NCBI GenBank assembly: GCA_937890395.1
Contig: CALACK010000062.1
Location: forward strand, 1,170-65,169
DNA: 64,000 nt
Reading direction: 5' to 3'
Source of the DNA: an uncultured Acidimicrobiaceae bacterium
GTDB taxonomy: Bacteria > Actinomycetota > Acidimicrobiia > Acidimicrobiales > Ilumatobacteraceae
A program made the position numbers and the translations under genes. Below are positions 10,064-19,752 of the stretch, one piece after another; the first letter of the stretch is position 1; each line of letters begins with the position of its first letter. The notes below the pieces were generated by a model. The model was not told the origin of the DNA. It was given only the letters and a program-made list of their open reading frames with translations, and made no database searches.

Positions 10064-11340
10064 TTCTGTGCTTGCCCATCAATCACTGTTGGTGTTCCCC
10101 TAAAAATAGTGTGGCGAACTTTGCCACGAAGTGTCCGACCAACATAGGGCGAATTTATGCTTTTGCTCGCCAGTCTTTGCAAATCGACGCTCCATGATAA
10201 TTCTGGGTCAAAAATACAGATATTTGCGGGCTCAGAAACCGCTATTGGCCGTCCGTGCGCATTATCAATTTTAGCGATTCGTGCCGGGTTCCAGCTCAAT
10301 AACGCCACTACATCTTTTATCTCTAGGTCGCCGAACGCTAATACAACACCAAGCGCGGTTTCAAGACCGAGCATTCCGGGTGGCGCCATGTCGAGTGACA
10401 TTTCTTTGTCGCGACGCGGATGAGGCGCGTGGTCAGTAGCAATGGCATCAATCGTGCCGTCTAGTAAACCAATTTTGAGCGCACGAATATCGTCATTTGA
10501 GCGAAGTGGTGGATTGACTTTATATACAGAGTCATACGACGCCAAAAGTTCTTGAGTTAGCGATAAGTGATGTGGGGTTACTTCGGCAGTAATCGGTAGG
10601 CCGTCACGCTTTGCAGCGCGAACTAGATCAACACTGCGAGCCGTTGACAGGTGCAAAAAATGCATCGTCGCCCCGGTGATTCTTACAAGTTCTATATCAC
10701 GAAACACCATTAACTCTTCGGCGATTGCCGGCCAACCTGGCAGACCAAGATCAGTGCAACACTGACATTCACTCATCACCGCACCTTTAGTAAGTTCGGC
10801 AACTTCACAATGTTGTGCGAGCGTTACGCCGAGACCTCTGGCATATTCGAGAGCACGACGCATCAGCGATGCATCTTGTACTCCGAAACCATCATCAGTA
10901 AAGAAGTTCACACCTGCCTGTGCAAGTTCAGCCATCGGCGCCAGCGTTTCTCCTTGTCGACCGAGCGTGATACATCCACTCGGGATTACATCAACGAGAC
11001 CAGCGCGCTTTCCTTGTTCGCGCACAAAATCAATTACTGCGACTGAATCTTGTGGAGGATCCGTATTCGGCATTGCAACCAGTGCCGTGTACCCGCCGAG
11101 TGCTCCGGCACGACTACCCGTCTCAATTGTCTCTGCTTCTTCTTTACCCGGCTCTCGTAAATGTGCATGCAAATCTACAAAACCGCTCGTGACGATGCAC
11201 CCACTGGCATCAAGTTCGACATCACCTTTTAGGTTTGCGCCGACTTCAACTACTATTTCGTTCTCGATTCTTACATCGGCGCGTAGCTCACCGTCGTGAT
11301 TAATTATCTTGCCACCCTTGATTACAACTGTTTTGCTCAT
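10060..11340 (-). CDS. pyrC: dihydroorotase
   Basis: 426 aa with metal ligand motifs FVDLHAHLREPG and IATDHAPH. Sits in the pyr operon. Confidence 0.92.
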   Translation of the reverse strand: MSKTVVIKGGKIINHDGELRADVRIENEIVVEVGANLKGDVELDASGCIVTSGFVDLHAHLREPGKEEAETIETGSRAGALGGYTALVAMPNTDPPQDSVAVIDFVREQGKRAGLVDVIPSGCITLGRQGETLAPMAELAQAGVNFFTDDGFGVQDASLMRRALEYARGLGVTLAQHCEVAELTKGAVMSECQCCTDLGLPGWPAIAEELMVFRDIELVRITGATMHFLHLSTARSVDLVRAAKRDGLPITAEVTPHHLSLTQELLASYDSVYKVNPPLRSNDDIRALKIGLLDGTIDAIATDHAPHPRRDKEMSLDMAPPGMLGLETALGVVLAFGDLEIKDVVALLSWNPARIAKIDNAHGRPIAVSEPANICIFDPELSWSVDLQRLASKSINSPYVGRTLRGKVRHTIFRGTPTVIDGQAQK

Positions 11341-12272
11341 GCTTGACCACCAAGATTTGCGCCACTACCCAACAAATCAAATAGCACCGCCATTCGAACA
11401 GAAACACCATTGGCTACTTGTCGATGAATTAAAGAATTTTTAACATCTGAAGGATCGATCTGCATTTCTACGCCACGATTCATTGGCCCCGGATGCATCA
11501 CAATCGCCGAATCTCTAAGTCTTGCAACACGCTTCTGAGTGAGACCATATTGCTCAGAATATTCGCGCAGGGTTGGTACATGCCCTTGCGACATTCTTTC
11601 GCTTTGTAAACGCAACATATACAACACATCACTAGTTGGTATGACATCGTCAAGATGATGATTGACTTCAACTGGCCAATGTGAAACATCTGGCGGCAAC
11701 AAAGTCGGTGGTGCAACAAGAGTAACTTTGGCACCCAACATTGAAAAAGCCTGAATATTGCTGCGGGCAACACGCGAATGTTTAATGTCACCGACGATAG
11801 TTATTTGCATTCCGTCAAATCTTGCGGTGTGAGTTGCCTCGCGAATTGTGTAGCAGTCGACTATCGCTTGAGTTGGATGTTGGTGAGCCCCATCTCCTGC
11901 ATTAATGATCGACGCTTTCGTCCACTGTTCGATTTGCCATGGAATACCCACCGATTTGTGACGCACGACAAATGCATCAACACCCATATCAGTAATCGTG
12001 GCAACGGTGTCGCGCAACGATTCGCCTTTGTTAACGCTAGAAGTCGAGACATTAAACGTAAGAGTGTCAGCCGAAAGTCGTTTCGCGGCAGTCTCAAAAC
12101 TCAGACGAGTTCGAGTTGAATCTTCAAAAAACAAACTTGCGACGGTTCGACCGCGCAGTGCCGGAACCTTCGGCACTGGCCTTTGGTTAATTTCTGTCAT
12201 GTGATCTGTCAACTGCAGTATTTCTAACAATCCACTGTGGCCCAATTCGTCAATACTCCGAAGATGCTTCAT
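11337..12272 (-). CDS. pyrB: aspartate carbamoyltransferase catalytic subunit
   Basis: 311 aa with carbamoyl-phosphate site STRTR and HPTQ. Confidence 0.95.
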   Translation of the reverse strand: MKHLRSIDELGHSGLLEILQLTDHMTEINQRPVPKVPALRGRTVASLFFEDSTRTRLSFETAAKRLSADTLTFNVSTSSVNKGESLRDTVATITDMGVDAFVVRHKSVGIPWQIEQWTKASIINAGDGAHQHPTQAIVDCYTIREATHTARFDGMQITIVGDIKHSRVARSNIQAFSMLGAKVTLVAPPTLLPPDVSHWPVEVNHHLDDVIPTSDVLYMLRLQSERMSQGHVPTLREYSEQYGLTQKRVARLRDSAIVMHPGPMNRGVEMQIDPSDVKNSLIHRQVANGVSVRMAVLFDLLGSGANLGGQA

Positions 12273-12820
12273 TTACCACTCGCATTCATTGCTGTTATCC
12301 GCACCCCGTCACTAGTTGCCGATACATCATCATCTTTTTGTGTCGGCAGATTTTTGCCAACAAAATCTGGGCGTATCGGGAGTTCACGATGACCGCGGTC
12401 AATAAGAACTGCAAGTTGCACTGCACGTGGTCGACCAAAATTATTCAGCCCCTCCATTGCAGCGCGAACTGTTCGGCCAGTAAACAACACATCGTCTACG
12501 AGCACGACTGTCGCACCGGTTAAGTCAAACGGAATATCAGTAATCGCACCAAGCGAGACGGGTCGTATACCTATGTCATCGCGGTGCAGACTGACATCAA
12601 GCGCCCCAACAGGAACCGTCACAGAACTTTCAATTTCGTTTATCTGTTTGGTTATTGCTTCGGCGATCCAAGTACCTCCACGCTGCAAGCCGACTATTGC
12701 CAGACCTTCAATGCCGTGGTTGCGCTCGATGATTTCGTGAGCGATGCGAACAATTGCGCGACGAACATCGGTCGCACTCATCACTTCATGCGGTGAATTC
12801 AGGCTCGCGTAGGTACTCAA
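12269..12820 (-). CDS. pyrR: bifunctional pyr operon regulator / uracil phosphoribosyltransferase PyrR
   Basis: 183 aa with PRPP loop VVLVDDVLFTGRT and N-terminal AIVRIAHEIIERN. TTG start 6 nt after GGAAGGA. A PyrR-type RNA hairpin lies immediately upstream. Confidence 0.9.
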   Translation of the reverse strand: MSTYASLNSPHEVMSATDVRRAIVRIAHEIIERNHGIEGLAIVGLQRGGTWIAEAITKQINEIESSVTVPVGALDVSLHRDDIGIRPVSLGAITDIPFDLTGATVVLVDDVLFTGRTVRAAMEGLNNFGRPRAVQLAVLIDRGHRELPIRPDFVGKNLPTQKDDDVSATSDGVRITAMNASGK

Positions 12821-12828
12821 AAATATCC

Positions 12829-12853
12829 TTCCGTCCGAGCCTCACAGGACTCA
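12829..12853 (-). promoter_or_regulatory. PyrR-binding RNA hairpin overlapping the pyrR ribosome-binding site
   Basis: The leader reads UUGAGUCCUGUGAGGCUCGGACGGAAGGAUAUUUUUG(start). UCCUGUGAGGCU resembles the PyrR consensus ARUCCAGAGAGGYU. The GUCC/GGAC stem abuts the SD GGAAGGA. Confidence 0.6.
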
Positions 12854-12889
12854 ATTTACGGTAATTAAAATCTAACTTAAACCGCCATA

Positions 12890-12898
12890 AATATAGCA
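12890..12898 (-). promoter_or_regulatory. extended -10 promoter candidate for the pyr operon
   Basis: The minus strand reads TGcTATATT, about 35 nt upstream of the PyrR hairpin and just downstream of the preceding gene's stop. No good -35 was seen. Confidence 0.3.
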
Positions 12899-12904
12899 CG
12901 TGCG

Positions 12905-14404
12905 CTAACCCGATATTTTGCGTTGATACACAACCCACCACTCATTGGCGTACGAAATTGCGAATTGTGCCGATACCTCTCGCCAAGTTTGCTGCATACC
13001 GTCATCCATTGCTACAGGCAAGACCACGAACTCAATGTCATTGGTAAACGGCAAAATATCCCCTGTCGCAAATGCATCCATCCCATATAAGGCTCGCTTA
13101 AACGGAACTGGAAAAACATAGATTCGCTTGCGTCGAGCCAAATGTGCGGTCAAGGGGTGATACGCACTAACAACTGCATCATTTGGAATTTTACTTAGTG
13201 CCACGCGCGCCGCGATAACAGCAGGATTACTTGACCCGTTGTACGAAACTCGAGTGCGCGCACCAGGCAAAGGCGCCCAAAGATAGGCACAACTAAGCGT
13301 GCTGAACGCACAGATAATCACCACTATGCGGCGCAAATTTTTTCTTAGCCGACCAAGTGCGAACGCTGTGCCGATCACGAGAACAGGAACCACCACAAAT
13401 GAGTAGTGATACTCAATGTGATATTGATACCAGAAATTACTGAAAATATTTGTGAAGATAACTAACACGGCGATCGCGGCAACCTCAGGAAACACAACGA
13501 ATCCGAGCGCCACAGGTGCGACTAGTTGCAAAACATAATACGGTCGAGAATCGCTGACAAGGTACCTCAGCATCGCCATCGGATCAGTGAACAAAGTCTT
13601 AATAGAGCCTGATAAGCCACCAAACGGAATTCGCCATCCGTTTCTAAATGGCACGCCATTGATTCCACGCTGAATACCAAAAATCGCGACCACCGAATAC
13701 CAAAATGAAGTCACCGCTGTAAATAATCCCATCTTTAGTTGCTTGCGCCAAGCAACCCAAATACCTAGTGGAATCAGAATCAGAGAGACATCTTCTTTAA
13801 CGCTCATCGCTAACAACACAGCAACGATGTACATTCGCCATTTAGATTCAAATGCCGCATAAAGGGCCGTCGCAATAAATAGTCCCAAAAATGAATCTGG
13901 ATGAAAATTTTCTAGGGCAATCCACACAGTGGCGGGATGTATAAGATACGCGGCGACGAACACGGTGGCCATCGCTTCACTACTTAATCGATTGCGGGTA
14001 AACAAAAATATGGGCACCGCACCAGCGACAATTGCGAGCGCTTGAATCACAAACAAAGTTGAAGTGCTACCGATGATCCAATAAACCGGCACAAGAAATA
14101 GAAGGATAAAGCTCGTATGGTCACCGAATAAATTACGACCCATCAGAGTCACAAACGGATTATGAAACCGAGACAACAACCAGATCCCTTGGTCATAAAG
14201 GCCGAAGTCGTAGGCAGAAGTTGCCAGGCTTCGATGCATTTCAACACTTAACGCTGCAAAATAGAAACCAGCGACAGAAATCATTGCTGCCGTCACGACC
14301 TCCCATACGGAAGCCGACTTAATTCGATCACTCAAATTATCTAGAAAACGTTTCGTATTAAACGCCCTTTGAACGAACCTGCTTTGCGATAGCCGATAAT
14401 ACAC
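12905..14404 (-). CDS. polytopic membrane protein, DUF2079-like (possible GT-C type glycosyltransferase)
   Basis: 499 aa with more than 10 hydrophobic segments. The N-terminal YDFGLYDQGIWLLSRF...MGRNLFGDHTSFILLFLVPVYW resembles the DUF2079 signature as I remember it. The start is uncertain: GTG 14404 overlaps nusB by 47 nt, and an alternative TTG lies at 14335. Confidence 0.6.
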   Translation of the reverse strand: MYYRLSQSRFVQRAFNTKRFLDNLSDRIKSASVWEVVTAAMISVAGFYFAALSVEMHRSLATSAYDFGLYDQGIWLLSRFHNPFVTLMGRNLFGDHTSFILLFLVPVYWIIGSTSTLFVIQALAIVAGAVPIFLFTRNRLSSEAMATVFVAAYLIHPATVWIALENFHPDSFLGLFIATALYAAFESKWRMYIVAVLLAMSVKEDVSLILIPLGIWVAWRKQLKMGLFTAVTSFWYSVVAIFGIQRGINGVPFRNGWRIPFGGLSGSIKTLFTDPMAMLRYLVSDSRPYYVLQLVAPVALGFVVFPEVAAIAVLVIFTNIFSNFWYQYHIEYHYSFVVVPVLVIGTAFALGRLRKNLRRIVVIICAFSTLSCAYLWAPLPGARTRVSYNGSSNPAVIAARVALSKIPNDAVVSAYHPLTAHLARRKRIYVFPVPFKRALYGMDAFATGDILPFTNDIEFVVLPVAMDDGMQQTWREVSAQFAISYANEWWVVYQRKISG

Positions 14405-14789
14405 CGTTTACATATCTGCCAGATTCTTCTGTTGAAAAGCGTTTTGCAAGTTCTACAGCTTCATTGATAATTACCGCCACAGGAACCTCAGGTCGGTCGA
14501 TTAGCTCGTAGATCGCCAGTCGAAGAACATTGCGATCAATTGCTGGCATGCGATGAATTGTCCAAGTGTGCGAGTATTCAGTGATCATCTCGTCTAATTG
14601 AGTTTGGCGTGACGCCACACCAGATGTGAGAGAAGAAACCAAATCATCAGCGGCAAGTACTTGAGCCGCAACGATGTCAGATACTGGCAAGCTTCGCGAC
14701 TCTGCCTCGTATAGAAAATGTACGGCTCGCTCACGCGCCGTACTACGAATGTCCTCGCCCGGTTTCGAATTGCGGGTGGGCGCCATCAA
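14358..14789 (-). CDS. nusB: transcription antitermination factor NusB
   Basis: 143 aa with the NusB pattern RERAVHFLYEAE....IDRNVLRLAIYEL....PVAVIINEAVELAK. The efp-nusB pairing is present. Confidence 0.9.
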   Translation of the reverse strand: MMAPTRNSKPGEDIRSTARERAVHFLYEAESRSLPVSDIVAAQVLAADDLVSSLTSGVASRQTQLDEMITEYSHTWTIHRMPAIDRNVLRLAIYELIDRPEVPVAVIINEAVELAKRFSTEESGRYVNGVLSAIAKQVRSKGV

Positions 14790-15349
14790 ACTCTCGTTAT
14801 ATATTCGCCTGATCGTGTGTCAACTTTGACTCGGTCACCAATATTTACAAATAAGGGCACCTGAATGACTTTGCCAGTCTGCAAAGTAGCCGACTTACGA
14901 CCGCCAGAAACTCTGTCGCCCTGTAGACCAGGTTCGGTATTTGCAATCTCGAGTTCGACCGTTACTGCGATTTCAACACTGACGATTTCGCCGTCATGCG
15001 TAGCAATAATTGCGATGCCATTTTCAATCAAATAGTCGGCGACATCACCTAAGGCTGTGGGGCTGACATTCATTTGGTCAAAAGTCGCGGTATCCATAAA
15101 TACGAAGTCGTCACCGTCTTTATACAAAAACTGCATGTCATTTTTATCAAGTATCGCTTGTTCAACGCGGATGCCAGCGTTGAATGTTTTTTCTAAAACG
15201 TTTCCAGATCGCAAGTTTCGAAGTTTGGTACGAACGAACGCGCCACCTTTACCAGGTTTGACGTGTTGAAAATCGATCACTGTGAAAAGATTGTTGTCAA
15301 TCTGAAGAGTGATGCCGTTCTTTAAGTCGTTAGTCGAAATTGCAGGCAC
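14786..15349 (-). CDS. efp: translation elongation factor P
   Basis: 187 aa with N-terminal STNDLKNG and loop HVKPGKGGAFVRTKLRN. Confidence 0.96.
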   Translation of the reverse strand: MPAISTNDLKNGITLQIDNNLFTVIDFQHVKPGKGGAFVRTKLRNLRSGNVLEKTFNAGIRVEQAILDKNDMQFLYKDGDDFVFMDTATFDQMNVSPTALGDVADYLIENGIAIIATHDGEIVSVEIAVTVELEIANTEPGLQGDRVSGGRKSATLQTGKVIQVPLFVNIGDRVKVDTRSGEYITRV

Positions 15350-16464
15350 TTGCGATCCTTTTTAGTGTGGGTGAGTATTCGACAGCCGCTTTGCGTGACG
15401 ACCACAAGGTCTTCAATTCGCACACCACCGAGCCCTTCACGATAGACGCCAGGTTCGACAGTTACTACCTCACCCACTTCAAGGGGTTCAGCAAAACCAT
15501 TTCTTACCCAGGGCATTTCATGAATCTGCAGGCCGACACCGTGCCCCGTGCTGTGACTAAATTCTGAGCCAAAACCTGCGTCGGCTATGAAATCTCGACA
15601 CTGGCGATCAACATCTTGAGCCAATACCCCAGCACGAACATGACTTAGACCAAGTAGTTGGGATGCGCTGACGACTTCGTGCATCTCACTGAGCACAGGG
15701 TCAACTTCACCTATCAAATATGTTCGTGTCATATCTGAGTGATAACCATCGACTAACCCACCAACGTCAATGACAACACTGTCACCTTCAATGATCTTTC
15801 GGCCAACTGGGCGATGATGAGGGCGCGCAGCATTTGGGCCACTGGCAACAATCGTGTCATAACTCGTGAATTCAGCCCCATGTTTGCGCATTCGATAATC
15901 AAGCTCATCACGAATATCTCGCTCTGTTAAACCCAACACAAGCATTGGCTCGACTTCGCTGAGCGCCGCATCAGTTGCACTAGCCGCCATCTCCATTCTT
16001 TGAATCTCCGGTTCAGATTTACGCCTGCGCAAATGTGGCACCACTGCAGAAACTTTGACCAATTCTGAATCTATTTGTGCAGACATAGTCTCGTGAGCGA
16101 TCACAGTCATCTCTGCTGGATCAAAACCAACTCTTTTCAAATCTTTCGTTACATTCAACACACCTTCACGCAACGCTGCGGCACTTCGACCTTCAATGAC
16201 AGAACATTGAGCATGCGAATTCTCTATTTGTTCACGAGATTGATCACCGTAACGACCGTCAACAATAAGCACCATGTCGTCGGCGCGTACAAACAATGTG
16301 CCGGCTGAACCTGTGAAACCAGTGAGCCAACGAATGTTATTTAGGTCTGTGACTAAGAGTGACGTGACGTTGTTATTTGTCGTCTGCTCAAGTCGTTGGC
16401 GAACAAGAGCATCACGACCCTCAACACTCAGAGCCAGCATTTTACTCGTCGTCACTGCGCTCAT
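15322..16464 (-). CDS. pepP: Xaa-Pro aminopeptidase/dipeptidase (M24B family)
   Basis: 380 aa with metal-ligand motifs DVGG..DGYHSDMTRT, HSTGHGVGLQIHE, VTVEPGVY and GGVRIED. The 3-prime end overlaps efp by 28 nt. Confidence 0.85.
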   Translation of the reverse strand: MSAVTTSKMLALSVEGRDALVRQRLEQTTNNNVTSLLVTDLNNIRWLTGFTGSAGTLFVRADDMVLIVDGRYGDQSREQIENSHAQCSVIEGRSAAALREGVLNVTKDLKRVGFDPAEMTVIAHETMSAQIDSELVKVSAVVPHLRRRKSEPEIQRMEMAASATDAALSEVEPMLVLGLTERDIRDELDYRMRKHGAEFTSYDTIVASGPNAARPHHRPVGRKIIEGDSVVIDVGGLVDGYHSDMTRTYLIGEVDPVLSEMHEVVSASQLLGLSHVRAGVLAQDVDRQCRDFIADAGFGSEFSHSTGHGVGLQIHEMPWVRNGFAEPLEVGEVVTVEPGVYREGLGGVRIEDLVVVTQSGCRILTHTKKDRKCLQFRLTT

Positions 16465-16919
16465 TTTTTATCGGCGAGCAAAGTCGCAACCGCATTGAGC
16501 GCCAGTGTGTAACCGTGTGCGCCGAATCCGGCAATCGAACCAGACGCAACTGGTGCGATCACGCTTTCGTGACGCCACGATTCGCGGGTTGCTGGATTCG
16601 AAAGATGTACTTCAATAATTGGTCCAGAGAAGGTTGCAAGCGCATCGCTGAGACTCCACGCAAAGTGCGTTAAAGCCCCTGGGTTGATGATGATCGCCGC
16701 GCAGCGTGACCTAGCGTTGTGAATTGCGGTTACTAGTTCGCCAGCGCTCTGAGCAACCAACGACTCAACTTCGAAACCCAGTTTGGCGGCAGTTTGCTCG
16801 GCACGGTTCATATGATCGTCGAGAGTTGCGGTGCCATAGATCTCTGGCTGGCGCTGTCCAAGCAAATTTAGATTTGGCCCACTGAGAATCAAAACAATCG
16901 GCAGAGATGTTTTAGCCAT
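16461..16919 (-). CDS. aroQ: type II 3-dehydroquinate dehydratase
   Basis: 152 aa with ILSGPNLNLLGQRQPEIYG, NPGALTHFAWSL and IEVHLSNP. Confidence 0.94.
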   Translation of the reverse strand: MAKTSLPIVLILSGPNLNLLGQRQPEIYGTATLDDHMNRAEQTAAKLGFEVESLVAQSAGELVTAIHNARSRCAAIIINPGALTHFAWSLSDALATFSGPIIEVHLSNPATRESWRHESVIAPVASGSIAGFGAHGYTLALNAVATLLADKK

Positions 16920-16924
16920 GGTTA

Positions 16925-17941
16925 TTAGAGTAGTTCCATCGCGTCAAAGGCCTGATGTAGATATTTTTCTTCTATATCACTAACGATTTGGACACTATTT
17001 GCGCCGTCTAGTACGAAGGTCAAGCCATTAATTGCCTTCTTGTCATGGCGCATCAAATCAATCAATACGGCTCGATCAACTGTGCCCGGTATCGCCACCC
17101 CTAGACCATATGAGTCTCGAATTACTTTGTAGTGATAAACCAACCGAGCATCATCAATACGCCCCAAACTATGAGCGAGGTGTGCCGCAAAAATCATGCC
17201 AATTGCCACTGCCTCACCGTGCGCTAATTTGAAATCGCTTGACCGCTCTAATGCATGCGCAAGAGTATGACCATAATTGAGAACCGCTCGCCCACCTTGT
17301 TCTCGCTCGTCGGCGGCCACGATGTCGGCTTTGATCTCAACACATCGCGCGATTCTTGCAGATAACTCAAGCGCAAGCAGATCGTCACCAGTTAAGAAAT
17401 GATATTTTGCTACTTCGCCGAGCCCACATCTTGTTTCGCGATCTGGCAAAGTCTTTAGTGCATCAATATCGCAAAGCACTGCACTGGGTTGCCAAAACGC
17501 TCCGACCAAATTTTTTCCTTGCGCAATGTTCACACCGGTCTTTCCACCAATCGCGGCATCAACCATGCCAACTAAAGTTGTTGGTAACTGAACTACCGGA
17601 GTGCCTCGATGCCAACTTGCGGCAGCAAAGCCGGCAATATCAGTGACCATTCCTCCACCTAGACCGATCACGACATCTGACCGTGTTAAACCATATTTCG
17701 CAAATTGTTCTGAAATAGCCTCAATCGTTTGCAATGATTTGAACTGCTCACCGTTGCCAATTAGCACCGTTGTATGAGGCAACGAGAGTTTTATTGAAAA
17801 AGGAATACTCTCTTGGGTTACGATCACCGCGCGTTTTGCTGTTCTCGGAATGAAATTATCGATCTCTTTTGAAACTCCGCTACCGACAACTACCGGGTAA
17901 GACCGGTCTGCAAGACCAACTGTGACTTTATGACTGGTCAT
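16925..17941 (-). CDS. aroB: 3-dehydroquinate synthase
   Basis: 338 aa with GGGMVTDIAGFAAA and LNYGHTLAHALE. Confidence 0.94.
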   Translation of the reverse strand: MTSHKVTVGLADRSYPVVVGSGVSKEIDNFIPRTAKRAVIVTQESIPFSIKLSLPHTTVLIGNGEQFKSLQTIEAISEQFAKYGLTRSDVVIGLGGGMVTDIAGFAAASWHRGTPVVQLPTTLVGMVDAAIGGKTGVNIAQGKNLVGAFWQPSAVLCDIDALKTLPDRETRCGLGEVAKYHFLTGDDLLALELSARIARCVEIKADIVAADEREQGGRAVLNYGHTLAHALERSSDFKLAHGEAVAIGMIFAAHLAHSLGRIDDARLVYHYKVIRDSYGLGVAIPGTVDRAVLIDLMRHDKKAINGLTFVLDGANSVQIVSDIEEKYLHQAFDAMELL

Positions 17942-18516
17942 CGAGAAGAACTGTTCTCTGATGAGTCAGAAACAGATGCGACATTTGTTTCTAACGAGCA
18001 CAGACTTATGATTTCGTCGACTACCTCAACAATTGAGAGCGATTTTGTTACAAGATGATGCGTTGCCACTTGCTGATATAACGGCTCGCGATCAAGGCGC
18101 ATCTTATTTAGCGACCCAACAGGATCACCATCTAAGAGTGGTCGATGCTTGCCACGGCCAGTCCGCGAAATCAAAATTGGCGTGGGAGCATCCAGCCAGA
18201 CGATACACCGAGCGTTTTTCTGCAATAAATCACGATTTGATTGAGAAATAATTGCCCCTCCAGCAACCGCTAGAACAATAGTTGAATTTTCAGCACACAA
18301 ATCGACAAGTGCTTGCGACTCAAGTTTGCGAAAAATATCCTCACCTTGAATTTCAAAAATCTCGCGTACTGATGTCTTGGCTGTTTTTTCAACAGCTTCG
18401 TCACTGTCTCTAAAAATCAAATTCAAACGATCGGCTAATGCACGACCGACTGTAGTTTTGCCCGAGCCCATCAATCCGATCAGAACAATCATCTTTGATG
18501 CGTTATTAGAAGTCAT
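17938..18516 (-). CDS. aroK: shikimate kinase
   Basis: 192 aa with P-loop GLMGSGKTTVGR. It has a Ser-rich C-terminal tail. Confidence 0.9.
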   Translation of the reverse strand: MTSNNASKMIVLIGLMGSGKTTVGRALADRLNLIFRDSDEAVEKTAKTSVREIFEIQGEDIFRKLESQALVDLCAENSTIVLAVAGGAIISQSNRDLLQKNARCIVWLDAPTPILISRTGRGKHRPLLDGDPVGSLNKMRLDREPLYQQVATHHLVTKSLSIVEVVDEIISLCSLETNVASVSDSSENSSSR

Positions 18517-18530
18517 GGCTTCAGCCGAGA

Positions 18531-19694
18531 TCAGCGAAGGCTCTGCGCGAAGTTTTGCACATTCCGCTTAAACTCAGCAACGCTGTCGCCACCGAACTTT
18601 CTTTGGGATTCTTGAGCCAGAACAAGTGCAACCATCGTTTCGGCAACCACACCCATTGCCGGCACAGCGGTGACATCAGTGCGCTCTTTAAAACTCACCG
18701 TTTCTTGTTTGGTCACCATGTCTACTGTCTTCAAAGTTGGGCGATTCAAAGTCGAGAGTGGCTTCATTGCCGCGCGAACGACGAGCATCTCGCCTGTTGT
18801 CATTCCGCCTTCTGTTCCACCCGCGAGTGAAGTTTCGCGTTTATACGAATTATCTTTTGAATCCCATGTGATCGCATCATGCGCGAGACTTCCGCGCCGC
18901 GATGCTGTTTCAAAAGCATCGCCAATCTCTACGCCTTTTACCGCCTGAATGCTCATGATTGCTTGCGCTAGTAGTCCATCAATCTTTCGATCCCAATGCA
19001 CATAACTACCTAGACCAACTGGCAAACCATAGGCCAAAACTTCAACTATCCCTCCAAGACTGTCACCATCTTTTGCTGCTGCTTCAATTTCGGCAATCAT
19101 TTTTGCTTCAGCCGTTGAATCAAAACAGCGCACTGATGACTCGTCAATTTTAAGTAAATCGTGTGGCTGTGGCCGCGCCGCGTTTTCATTGCGAGCGCTA
19201 CCAAGTTGCAAGACATGCGACATAACAGAAACACCGACTTGTGCAAGAAAAACTTTAGCCAGTGCGCCGGCTGCAACTCTGGCGGCAGTTTCTCGCGCAC
19301 TTGCTCGCTCAAGTACATCGCGAGCATCATCAAAACCGTATTTCTGCATACCAGTTAGATCGGCATGACCAGGACGAGGCTGAGTCAGGGGCTTTTTTGT
19401 TTTTCCTGGCGCGGGTGACATTTCTTCATGCCACACATCACTACGAAACCACTCACTATTTTTAATTTCGATTGCGACTGGAGATCCAAGTGTTCGACCA
19501 TGACGGATACCGCTCAGCAAAACGATTTCGTCTTCTTCGAATTTTTGGCGCGGTCCCCGACCGTATCCAAGACGTCTGCGAGCCAACTCATCGCTAATGT
19601 CTTTTGCGGTTACAACCATGCCAGCGGGCAGACCTTCAACGATGACGACAAGAGCCTGGCCATGGCTTTCGCCCGCGGTTAAGTAACGAAGCAT
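18531..19694 (-). CDS. aroC: chorismate synthase
   Basis: 387 aa with N-terminal [16 protein letters not shown] and GRHDP-like region RPGHADL. Confidence 0.96.
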   Translation of the reverse strand: MLRYLTAGESHGQALVVIVEGLPAGMVVTAKDISDELARRRLGYGRGPRQKFEEDEIVLLSGIRHGRTLGSPVAIEIKNSEWFRSDVWHEEMSPAPGKTKKPLTQPRPGHADLTGMQKYGFDDARDVLERASARETAARVAAGALAKVFLAQVGVSVMSHVLQLGSARNENAARPQPHDLLKIDESSVRCFDSTAEAKMIAEIEAAAKDGDSLGGIVEVLAYGLPVGLGSYVHWDRKIDGLLAQAIMSIQAVKGVEIGDAFETASRRGSLAHDAITWDSKDNSYKRETSLAGGTEGGMTTGEMLVVRAAMKPLSTLNRPTLKTVDMVTKQETVSFKERTDVTAVPAMGVVAETMVALVLAQESQRKFGGDSVAEFKRNVQNFAQSLR

Positions 19695-19752
19695 AAATAA
19701 CAGGCTACCGCTGGCACTTCATGAGAACCAGATTTTAAAAAGATATGAAATT

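Noticed and set aside
14358-15349. The unusually long gene overlaps (nusB/DUF2079 47 nt, pepP/efp 28 nt, HIT/two-TM ORF 19 nt) as evidence of frameshifting or fused genes.
   Set aside because: The frames differ. Each downstream protein has a normal family N-terminus or an alternative start that shortens the overlap. No slippery heptamer was seen. This is ordinary compaction or start-codon ambiguity.
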